A stretch of 50,033 bases of DNA from an uncultured Candidatus Peribacteria bacterium (GTDB taxonomy: Bacteria > Patescibacteriota > Gracilibacteria > Peribacterales > Peribacteraceae), in NCBI GenBank assembly GCA_964623835.1, contig CAZUVN010000001.1, forward strand, positions 1 to 50,033, given 5' to 3'. The stretch's first letter is position 1. The number at the start of each line of letters is the position of its first letter. Positions 16,337 to 24,217 of the stretch are shown here, piece by piece. The position numbers were made by a program, and so were the translations under genes. The notes beneath the pieces were generated by a model. That model had not been told where the DNA came from, searched no databases, and saw nothing but the letters and a program-made list of their open reading frames with translations.

Positions 16337-17755
16337 GTGCTTCAGCGTCTCCGCGAATCATTGGCGTTGTTCCTGATCGCGCTCCTGCCGTTCCATGCAT
16401 TTATCGTGACGGTGAAGACGCGGTTTCTGCTGGGGCCGGGTCATGCGCCCATGGGGGAGATTGCGATCTGGAAAGAGGCGGTGCTGGCGGTGATATTGTT
16501 GATAGCGGTGATCGAGCTTTTATTCAGAATTAAGAATGCAGGATTCAGAATTAGATTCGATCGAATCGATATTCTGATTAGTGGGTTGTTCGTTTTGGGA
16601 ATGTTGGTTTCGCTCGTCAATTCTCAATTCTCAATTCTCAATTCTCAATTTATCTACGGCATCAGGTATGACTTCGTCCCGCTCCTGAGCTTCGTACTAC
16701 TTCGCCGTGTCCCGTGGTCCGATCTCTTTTTTCAGCGTATCCGGAAAGTATTGATCACGGTCGGATCGATTGTTGCCGCCTACGGCATTCTCAGTTTCTT
16801 CCTGCCGCAGGCATTTTTCACATGGCTCGGATACAACGATTTACATTCACTCTATGTTCCGGATAGCCCCATCGCTCCGTTTCAGCAGATTGGCGGCACG
16901 GCACTGCGCCGTATTCAAAGTGTGATGAGTGGTCCGAATCAGTTGGGATTGTGGTTGCTCGTGCCGCTCGCTGCGGTACTCGCAAAGATCCAAGATCCAA
17001 GCCACAAGATCCAACAGAAAGTTTTGGATCTTGGAATGTGTCTCTTGGTTCTTACAGCTCTGCTGTTATCGTTCTCCCGTGCTGCCTGGATTGGTGCTGC
17101 TGTGATTATTGGTCTGAGCTTTTGGCCGGTTTTGCAATCGATGACGCGCAAAAAAGTGACGGGGCTCATCTCGTTACTTGTGTGCCTGATTGTCATTGCG
17201 GTGTTGATGTTCCCGTCTATCTTCCTTCGTTTTGCCTCATCACGTGGCCACATCGAGAATCCCATTCGAGCGATTGAGACAATGATCAATCATCCATTGG
17301 GTCTGGGGCTTGGCACTGCCGGTCCGGCATCCAATCGCACCAGTGATGCATGTGTCATGCTTGATGAGGGGAGTGATGCAAGTTGGGCGACGGCACATCC
17401 GAATCTGTGTGTCTTTGTCGGACAGGCACAGGTGCAACCAAGTAATCGCGATTGTCAGTGCCCATTCCTGCCCGAAAACTGGTATCTGCAGATTGGGGTG
17501 GAGATGGGGTGGATTGGTTTAGCGATGTATCTGGCATTGGTCATTGTTGTCATTCAGCGGTTATGGCGAATTCGATATCCGATATCCGATATCCGTTATC
17601 AGATATCTAAAACTGTTCTTGTACCCGCATTCCTTGCGCTCAGCATCGCAGCAATGTTTCTCCACGCATGGGAGGACAGTGCAGTGGCGTACACAGTGTG
17701 GATCTTGATGGCTACGGTGCTAACACCGCACGCAGTTCGTCATCTGCGAACATGA
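16337..17755 (+). CDS. O-antigen ligase/polymerase-like (Wzy_C-type) membrane protein
   Basis: 472-aa ORF, polytopic, with LLSFSRAAWIGAAVI typical of the O-antigen-ligase domain. GTG start. Contains three embedded periodic repeats. Confidence 0.65.
   Translation: MLQRLRESLALFLIALLPFHAFIVTVKTRFLLGPGHAPMGEIAIWKEAVLAVILLIAVIELLFRIKNAGFRIRFDRIDILISGLFVLGMLVSLVNSQFSILNSQFIYGIRYDFVPLLSFVLLRRVPWSDLFFQRIRKVLITVGSIVAAYGILSFFLPQAFFTWLGYNDLHSLYVPDSPIAPFQQIGGTALRRIQSVMSGPNQLGLWLLVPLAAVLAKIQDPSHKIQQKVLDLGMCLLVLTALLLSFSRAAWIGAAVIIGLSFWPVLQSMTRKKVTGLISLLVCLIVIAVLMFPSIFLRFASSRGHIENPIRAIETMINHPLGLGLGTAGPASNRTSDACVMLDEGSDASWATAHPNLCVFVGQAQVQPSNRDCQCPFLPENWYLQIGVEMGWIGLAMYLALVIVVIQRLWRIRYPISDIRYQISKTVLVPAFLALSIAAMFLHAWEDSAVAYTVWILMATVLTPHAVRHLRT
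16522..16650. repeat. GAATT-type periodic-arm element inside a CDS
   Basis: Left arm attcagaattaagaatgcaggattcagaattagattc (16522-16558). Right arm aattctcaattctcaattctcaattctcaatt (16619-16650). Read in frame as FRIKNAGFRIRF ... NSQFSILNSQF. Confidence 0.8.
16985..17053. repeat. AAGATCC-type periodic-arm hairpin inside a CDS
   Basis: aagatccaagatccaagccacaagatccaac / ttttggatcttggaatgtgtctcttggttctt are complementary arms. In frame (KIQDPSHKIQQKVLDLG...). Confidence 0.75.
17573..17607. repeat. GATATCC/CCGTTAT-type tandem repeat inside a CDS
   Basis: cgatatccgatatccgatatccgttatcagatatc, in frame (RYPISDIRYQIS). Confidence 0.8.
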
Positions 17756-18110
17756 TTGTCGCCTTCTGAAGAGCATCTGGCATTTGTTCAAGGAGTTTTC
17801 TGTGCAGTATTTCCGGAATGATCTGTTGCAGACAGAACAGAACACCGAAGGCCTCTGTATCCACAGTAATGCCGGTGGTTTTTTCGCGCCATCGTGCTCT
17901 TTCAAGACCTTCATCAAAATCAAGGCCAGGTGAAAAAGGGTATGCCCTAAGTTCGGGAATCAACCCATGCAATTCATTTAGCATTTCTCGAGACATGCCC
18001 AAGATTGTCTCTTCAGTTACATTAAAGCGATACTTAGCATGCAAATAGTTCAATCGTTCCACAGTGGACTCACAGTCAGCTTCCGATGTCTGATCGGGCG
18101 TTATGGTCAT
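17712..18110 (-). CDS. hypothetical protein
   Basis: 132-aa ORF. Its convergent 44-nt overlap with the ligase-like gene is the only context available. No recognisable motif. Confidence 0.4.
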   Translation of the reverse strand: MTITPDQTSEADCESTVERLNYLHAKYRFNVTEETILGMSREMLNELHGLIPELRAYPFSPGLDFDEGLERARWREKTTGITVDTEAFGVLFCLQQIIPEILHRKLLEQMPDALQKATIMFADDELRAVLAP

Positions 18111-18198
18111 GATCTAGAAATGTACTCGCTCGTGGTGGAAAATCAATAATGACATTTCAAAACAGAATCGTATACTGCTTCAAACAGATTCTGATCGT

Positions 18199-18226
18199 TT
18201 GACGGCCGAGCGATTTTGCATACAAT
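18199..18226 (+). promoter_or_regulatory. sigma70-like promoter TTGACG-16-TACAAT, 6 nt upstream of the guaA ATG (leaderless-type)
   Basis: Hexamers and spacing read directly. ATG at 18233. No Shine-Dalgarno sequence. Confidence 0.55.
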
Positions 18227-18232
18227 CCCTTC

Positions 18233-20074
18233 ATGGAAGCCCAGATTCACTCCGGCTCGATTGTCATTCTGGATTTCGGCGGACAGTACGCCCATCTCAT
18301 TGCCCGTCGTGTTCGCGAGAGTGGGGCTTTTTCGCAAATTCTTCCTGCCGAAACGCCGGTTGATCAACTCAAAGAAGTTGCCGGCATCATTCTGTCCGGT
18401 GGACCCCAGAGTGTGTATGACGCAGGAAGTCCGCAGGCCGATCCTGCCATTCTCGAACTCGGTGTTCCGGTGCTCGGTATCTGTTACGGACACCAGTGGC
18501 TGGCACAGACAATGGGCGGAAAAGTCAGCGGCGGAAAGACGAAGGAGTATGGTCATACGCCTATCCGCGTGACTCAGGGTGGCACACTCTTTAATGGATT
18601 GCCGAATGAATTTGTCGTGTGGATGTCCCATGGAGATGAGGTATCGGAGATGCCCTCGGGGTTCGTGCAGGCTGCGTCATCGGACAGCTGTACCAATGCG
18701 GCAATGGCAAATGAGAGTAGGCATATCTATGGTGTGCAGTTTCATTTGGAAGTCGTTCACTCGCAGTACGGCGCGGATATTCTGAAGCGGTTTGTTGATG
18801 TATGTCATGCAACGCCATGGTCAATCGAAGGCTATGCACAGCGCATCGGAACCGAAATTCTCAATGAGATCGGCGATCGCAGAGTGTTCATGATGGTCAG
18901 TGGTGGCGTTGACTCAACTGTTGCATTCACGGTGCTCAACGAAGTACTCGGTCCGCACCGTGTGCAGGGCTTGTTGGTTGATACGGGTTTGATGCGTAAG
19001 AACGAAGTCCGCAACATCAAGAACGCATTCGATCTGTTCGGCATCGATAACCTGCGTATTGTCGACGCGTCTGATGAGTTCTTCGCGAATTTGAAAGGCG
19101 TTACCGACCCCGAGAAAAAGCGCCAGATTATTGGTGATACGTTCTTGGCCGTGCAGAAACGCGAGAGCGATGCGATGAATCTGAAACTGGAAGATGGTTG
19201 GATGCTGGGGCAGGGGACCATTTACCCCGACACGATCGAGACCGGTGGTACCAAGCATGCTGATAAAATTAAGACGCATCATAACCGTGTCGAGGCCGTG
19301 CAGAAGATGATCGATGCGGGGTTGGTGATTGAGCCGTTGAAAGATCTGTACAAAGACGAAGTCCGCAAACTCGGCGAAGAACTGCGCCTTCCTCCGCCAC
19401 TCGTGTGGCGTCATCCGTTCCCAGGTCCGGGGCTTGGTGTGCGTATTCTGTGTGGCGATAAATCGGACGAATTAAGAATGCAGAATGCAGAATTAAGAAT
19501 TCCGAATGCAGACGGACATAATTCTCAATTCTCAATTCTCAATTCTGAATCATATCGTGTGATGCCGGTGAGGAGTGTAGGAGTGCAAGGAGACGGTAGG
19601 ACGTACCGTCATGCCATTGCATTGTTCCATGAGCATGCATGTCGAGTGACAGAGGAAGACCGTCGACTGGCAACTCAAGTACCAAATGTAGTTCCAGAAC
19701 TGAATCGCGTGCTGCTCTGTACGTCGCACGACCATCCTGTCGATTTCATCTTCACTGCTTCCACCATCACACGCGAGCGTGCAACGCTGTTGCAAGAAGC
19801 CGATGCGATTGTCGACGAAGAGATGCACCGCGCCGATCTCTACGATCGCATTTGGCAGTTCCCGGTTGTGCTCGTGCCGTTTGGAACATCGGAAGGGGGA
19901 GAGTCGATTGTGCTGCGCCCCATCGATTCACAGGAAGCCATGACCGCCGAGGCGATTGCCCTGCCAGAAGATGTCCTCAAACGGATGACCGATCGGTTGC
20001 TCCAGCTCGATGGCATCGATTGTGTGTTCTTGGATCTGACGAACAAACCGCCCGCTACCATTGAGTGGGAGTGA
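18233..20074 (+). CDS. guaA: GMP synthase (glutamine-hydrolysing)
   Basis: 613-aa ORF. GATase domain (ILDFGGQY, GICYGHQ), ATP-PPase loop SGGVDSTV, HPFPGPGLGVR and C-terminal KPPATIEWE. Confidence 0.95.
   Translation: MEAQIHSGSIVILDFGGQYAHLIARRVRESGAFSQILPAETPVDQLKEVAGIILSGGPQSVYDAGSPQADPAILELGVPVLGICYGHQWLAQTMGGKVSGGKTKEYGHTPIRVTQGGTLFNGLPNEFVVWMSHGDEVSEMPSGFVQAASSDSCTNAAMANESRHIYGVQFHLEVVHSQYGADILKRFVDVCHATPWSIEGYAQRIGTEILNEIGDRRVFMMVSGGVDSTVAFTVLNEVLGPHRVQGLLVDTGLMRKNEVRNIKNAFDLFGIDNLRIVDASDEFFANLKGVTDPEKKRQIIGDTFLAVQKRESDAMNLKLEDGWMLGQGTIYPDTIETGGTKHADKIKTHHNRVEAVQKMIDAGLVIEPLKDLYKDEVRKLGEELRLPPPLVWRHPFPGPGLGVRILCGDKSDELRMQNAELRIPNADGHNSQFSILNSESYRVMPVRSVGVQGDGRTYRHAIALFHEHACRVTEEDRRLATQVPNVVPELNRVLLCTSHDHPVDFIFTASTITRERATLLQEADAIVDEEMHRADLYDRIWQFPVVLVPFGTSEGGESIVLRPIDSQEAMTAEAIALPEDVLKRMTDRLLQLDGIDCVFLDLTNKPPATIEWE
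19469..19551. repeat. GAATT-type periodic-arm element in frame inside guaA
   Basis: gaattaagaatgcagaatgcagaattaagaattccgaatgcaga ... aattctcaattctcaattctcaattctgaatc. The right arm shares 27 identical nt with 16619-16645. Confidence 0.85.
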
Positions 20075-20141
20075 TGTGACGAATCATCTTCTGCATCGTA
20101 TACAGTTCTCAATCTAATTTCCCTGTATACTCGTATCTACG

Positions 20142-20705
20142 ATGGCTCTTCCCGAATTACCGGAGGCTGAATTGCAGAAACTGATTGCGCAGGCCCAAGA
20201 GGGCGATACCGAGGCTTTTGCCAAGGTTTACGATCAGTTCTTCCTGCCCGTATACCGCTACTGTGCGTTTCGTCTGCCCAAAGAGGTAGCCGAAGACACG
20301 ACAGCGGATATTTTCGTGAAAGCCTGGGAAAAGCTGCACACCTACAAATTGCACAAAAATGTGCCGTTCGGGGCGTGGATCTTCCGTATTGCCCGCTACA
20401 GCGTCATCGACGTGTACCGCAGTCAGCGTGGATTTGAAGAGGTGTCCGATGAAACGCCGGATACCGATCAGCTCAACAGCGCCGAAGATCGTTTGCATCG
20501 CGGTGAAACCCTGAGAATCGTCCGTTCTGCGCTCGATCAATTGCCGCAGCGATACCGCGAAATTTTATTGCTCACCTACGTGTCAGAACTGCCCTATAGC
20601 GAGGTTGCACGGGTTCTGCGGATGTCCGAAGGAGGAGTCCGTATCCTCAAGATGCGCGCACTACGAAAATTTGAGGCCCTTTTACCGCCGGAAATGCGGG
20701 AATAG
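20142..20705 (+). CDS. ECF-type RNA polymerase sigma factor
   Basis: 187-aa ORF. Region 2 (FRLPKEVAEDTTADIFVKAW, IARYSVIDVYR) and region 4 (LPYSEVARVLRMSEGGVRILKMRAL). Confidence 0.9.
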   Translation: MALPELPEAELQKLIAQAQEGDTEAFAKVYDQFFLPVYRYCAFRLPKEVAEDTTADIFVKAWEKLHTYKLHKNVPFGAWIFRIARYSVIDVYRSQRGFEEVSDETPDTDQLNSAEDRLHRGETLRIVRSALDQLPQRYREILLLTYVSELPYSEVARVLRMSEGGVRILKMRALRKFEALLPPEMRE

Positions 20706-20747
20706 CCCGTAACAGACTGTCCCTTTTTCCGTTTTACCAAGCGAATA

Positions 20748-22625
20748 ATGCCGGAATCCCGTCTACGCAGGCTCTCAGCTGAACTCACCCCTTCCGAGGA
20801 GGCAAAAGACCGTATGCGGACATCCATGATGGCGAGAATTGGGCATCCATCAGCATTGGACGTGGCAAAGAAGGCTCTGGATCCCACCGTCGGAACAGCA
20901 GATCATGTCTGGAGTCGCATCCTTTCCCGTATCGAGGCGCCAGCCGTTTCCTCGGTGTTTGACCGTTTGAAGGGCTTGCTGGACCCGAGCGATGCCGATT
21001 TGGCCCACAATCTTCTGCGTGCCCGCTTGGCCCCGGTAGAAGCTCGTGCTCCGTATGGCCGCATGAAATGGGTAGCTGCATTCGCATTGGTTCTTGTTGC
21101 GATACGCGCGACACCAGCTGTTTTCCTTGCCCCTAAAACCATTGCCGAGTCTCGTGTGTTGCTGGTCCCGACAACCGGCGACGTCGAAGTATCTTTGCAC
21201 GGATTATGGCAGCCGGTAAAGACGGAAACCGCTCTGAATGAACAGGTCCAACTGCGCACCGCCGACGGAGAGGCGACCATTCTGCTCCACGATGACGGTA
21301 CCATCCGCTTGGCCGATCGCACGACGGTCACACTCCACGATCTGACCGATCGTCCAGAACCTGCGCTCGATGGAGCGACGTTCACGCTCTCCGAAGGAAA
21401 TCTGTGGCTCCAGGGATTCGTTCCCCGGTCCGTGCGTCCGGTTTCCGTGGCAACGGTCTTTGGAACGGTATCGATGTATGATGGCAGCGCAGCGCTTGCC
21501 ATTGAGGATGGTTACCTGACGATTCGGGTATTCGATCGTAGCGTAACGGTGCAGCAGGGCGACACAGAGACGGTTCTTGTAGCAGGAGAGAAAGCACGAT
21601 TCAGTACCAATGGTGTTGCGGGCACCACCGCACGCATCTCCGACGCCGAGTATGACGATGCATGGGTAAAAACAAATCTCCAGCGTGATGCCGTTCACCG
21701 CCGTGAAGTGGCGCAGATGCAGCGTGAGCGCAGTGCCGCACGCGCAGGTATTTTGCCGACATCTCCGCTCTACACCGTGAAGCGTGTTGCAGAGCAGGTT
21801 GATGTGCTGTTTACCATCGATCCGGCTGCAAAAATCCAGAAGCAGATCGATCTCGCATCCACCCGTCTGAACGAAGCCGCCGCTCTCATTGCCGCCGGAG
21901 GATCGGGTGCTGCAGCACCGCTGCAGGAGTACAAAGATACGCTACTGACGCTTGCGAGCGGCAGCGGTGGAGACAGTGTCATGCAGTTCCTGCTGCGTCA
22001 GGAAGTGGCGGAGAATGCCGCCGCACTCAGCGCCACGGATCCAACCGATGAACTGTATGAACTGAAGAAAGTCGTGCTGCAGGCCAGTGCCGATTTGCCC
22101 GATCTTGCGAATTCCGCGGATATCGAAGGCATGATTCTGGTCGATGCACTGGATGCCTTGCATGAGGCGATTGCCGCAGGGGATACGGCCAAGGCAACCG
22201 CAATCTATGCATCCGTCGAGTCATCGCTGCCGTTGCTTCAGAGCGGATCGCTGGCAATCGACGTGCAGAAGGAGGCTCAGGCTCTTCTGACGCAAGCTGC
22301 CGATCAAATTCAGGCTGGCACAGGTGCCGATGCAGAGGAGCTTGCGGCTGACCTGAAACCGTTCTTGCCGGTTATTGCTCCGGAACTTCCCTCCATTCGT
22401 CATCTGACCGATGAAGAGGTGGTGGATGCCGCCAATCAGATTCTCTCCCGTGTCTATAAGTTCAACCAGCCGCGTCCACGTCTGAATCAGCTTGTGTATG
22501 AGATCAACCAAATGAGCAATCACCCGGATGCCGCGCGTATTCTGCGCAGCCTATACCGCATTGTGCCGGCCGGCGATGCTCTATCCCGTGCTGTTCGCCA
22601 GGGGATTCAGGAGTACAGAGAATAA
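20748..22625 (+). CDS. anti-sigma-like membrane protein with FecR-type domain and long helical C-terminal region
   Basis: 625-aa ORF immediately downstream of the ECF sigma gene. Single TM helix (WVAAFALVLVAI), a beta-rich FecR-like segment (LRTADGEATILLHDDGTIRLADRTTVTL) and an Ala/Leu-rich helical tail. Confidence 0.65.
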   Translation: MPESRLRRLSAELTPSEEAKDRMRTSMMARIGHPSALDVAKKALDPTVGTADHVWSRILSRIEAPAVSSVFDRLKGLLDPSDADLAHNLLRARLAPVEARAPYGRMKWVAAFALVLVAIRATPAVFLAPKTIAESRVLLVPTTGDVEVSLHGLWQPVKTETALNEQVQLRTADGEATILLHDDGTIRLADRTTVTLHDLTDRPEPALDGATFTLSEGNLWLQGFVPRSVRPVSVATVFGTVSMYDGSAALAIEDGYLTIRVFDRSVTVQQGDTETVLVAGEKARFSTNGVAGTTARISDAEYDDAWVKTNLQRDAVHRREVAQMQRERSAARAGILPTSPLYTVKRVAEQVDVLFTIDPAAKIQKQIDLASTRLNEAAALIAAGGSGAAAPLQEYKDTLLTLASGSGGDSVMQFLLRQEVAENAAALSATDPTDELYELKKVVLQASADLPDLANSADIEGMILVDALDALHEAIAAGDTAKATAIYASVESSLPLLQSGSLAIDVQKEAQALLTQAADQIQAGTGADAEELAADLKPFLPVIAPELPSIRHLTDEEVVDAANQILSRVYKFNQPRPRLNQLVYEINQMSNHPDAARILRSLYRIVPAGDALSRAVRQGIQEYRE

Positions 22626-22679
22626 TCGCTGACGGCTGGTATTGCCTAAATCGGGCTCTGCGGCTACTCTGCGAGCCCT

Positions 22680-23240
22680 ATGTACGAAATTACCGAACTG
22701 AAACCCGGCCGCGCAATTCAGCTTGATGGCGAGCCATACGTCGTTGTTGCATCTGTGTTCGGACGCAAAAGCATGGCCAAGGCCAACATGCAGTGCAAGT
22801 TAAAGAACCTCATTACAGGGGCTATTGTTGCGCGTAACTTCCAGGGAAGTGAGAAGATTGAACCGGCAGATGTCGGTTACAAGAAAGTGCAGTTTCTCTA
22901 CGGCGATGGCGAGCGTTTCACATTCATGGATCTGCAGAGCTACGATCAGTTTGAGCTGAGCGCCGATGTGATTGGCGATGCTGCGGGGTACCTTCTCGAA
23001 GGTTCGGAAATTGATGCATTGATGTTTCAGGACAAGCCGATTGGCATTCAGGTGAAGGCAACGGTCGATTTGAAAGTTGTCGAAACGATTCCCGGCGTGA
23101 AGGGCGATACGGCAACCGGCGGTAACAAGCCTGCAAAGCTCGAAACCGGTATTACGGTGAACGTGCCGCTTTTCATTAATGAAGGCGACAAGGTGAAGGT
23201 GAATACGGAGACGGGCCTCTATATGGCTAGAGCAAACTAA
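22680..23240 (+). CDS. efp: translation elongation factor P
   Basis: 186-aa ORF. LKPGRAIQLDGEPYVV and later VPLFINEGDKVKVNTETGLY are EF-P signatures. Confidence 0.95.
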   Translation: MYEITELKPGRAIQLDGEPYVVVASVFGRKSMAKANMQCKLKNLITGAIVARNFQGSEKIEPADVGYKKVQFLYGDGERFTFMDLQSYDQFELSADVIGDAAGYLLEGSEIDALMFQDKPIGIQVKATVDLKVVETIPGVKGDTATGGNKPAKLETGITVNVPLFINEGDKVKVNTETGLYMARAN

Positions 23241-23587
23241 TTTGTCAGGGGACTAGGGAACCTTGTCCGGTTCCCTCCGTCCCCCGACACCCCCGTTACC
23301 CTCCTGACTGACGACGGAAATCACCACTTCAAGCACTGAGTCATTCAAAGCTGCTTAGCAGTATTTACTCATAGTTCTTCTTGAACATATGGTGATTTCG
23401 ATAAGTGAAAATACTGAAGGAATCCCGTGCGCCATGGGGGTGAAGGGGAAGGCTCTGATCGTTTATTGACGAGTCGATTCCGAAGCCTTGGAGGAATCGA
23501 TGAGGAGATACAGAGCCGGGTGGAGGAGCTTTGGCGCACGGTGCACTTTTCTTTCGACTATTTCTTTTGGGCAAGCAAAAGAAATAG
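23241..23587 (+). ncRNA. unclassified structured RNA-like repeat, copy B (paralog of 2749-3149)
   Basis: Starts at the first base after the efp TAA. Outer stem ccgtgcgcca(23425-23434)/tggcgcacgg(23532-23541), nested ggctctg/cagagcc and tcgattcc/ggaatcga, terminal hairpin 23558-23587. Differences from copy A keep pairing as G-U only in this orientation. Confidence 0.45.
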
Positions 23588-23613
23588 TCCCTGTGGAGAA
23601 ATCTTCTCTTAAC

Positions 23614-23636
23614 AAAAAAGACACCTTTCGGTGCCC
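23614..23636 (-). terminator. short intrinsic terminator-like hairpin (minus-strand reading ggcacc-gaaa-ggtgtc + T6)
   Basis: Read directly. Also followed by T-rich sequence on the plus strand, so possibly bidirectional. Confidence 0.4.
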
Positions 23637-24217
23637 TTTGTGTGTTTGTCTTCCTCCGACAGTTATCGACGACTCTTTTGGTCGTTGAGCTGGATTGAAG
23701 GGTGACGGAGACGAGAAGTCTCAACTTTCTGCCGTGCTCTGGTCTCTTGTTTAACCTCGGGACCGTGCCGAGTTCTCCGTGACGGTTCGACGCAGAGTCT
23801 TGCGACTAAGGCGAACACTGGAGAGAAGGGGGTGTGTACGAAGGAGTCTCAGGCCCGTCGTACGGATCTTTGCAGAGCAGAGAGGAGAGTGGCCACTTCT
23901 TAAGTGGTGAAAACCATGATCACGTGCCTATACCCAGAAGTGTGCAAAGTGGTTGCAAAGGTTGGCCGGGAGGAACGCGCGCGATTCTCAACTAATGACC
24001 ACTCCTCTCTCTGTATGTTGTCGGTGATGTGAAGGAAGCGTGTGTGTCTTGGTTGGTGTGTTTCCCTGCGCGTCAGGTTTCATATCATCGTACTCAGCAG
24101 TGTCCGCATCCGCAACTTTCTGCGGTGGAGAGTTATCCACAGTGGTGATATGAATATATTTTGTATACAGGTTTAGTCGTTGCTTTTTGGTCCTAAAAAA
24201 GGGATCCTGCAGCCAAT

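Noticed and set aside
18143-18631. 162-aa ORF antisense to the 5' part of guaA
   Set aside because: It is entirely antisense to a gene with unambiguous GMP synthase motifs, and it has no motif of its own.
20785-22523. Numerous 60-200-aa ORFs on both strands within the anti-sigma-like gene (for example 20903-21502 and 21204-21698)
   Set aside because: These look like the alternative-frame ORFs that commonly open up inside a long GC-rich, Ala-rich gene. The 625-aa frame is the only one with coherent domain structure and operon context.
2790-23543. Duplicated core considered as a diversity-generating retroelement TR/VR pair
   Set aside because: The differences are not adenine-specific, neither copy lies inside a target gene's 3' end, and no reverse transcriptase gene is present.
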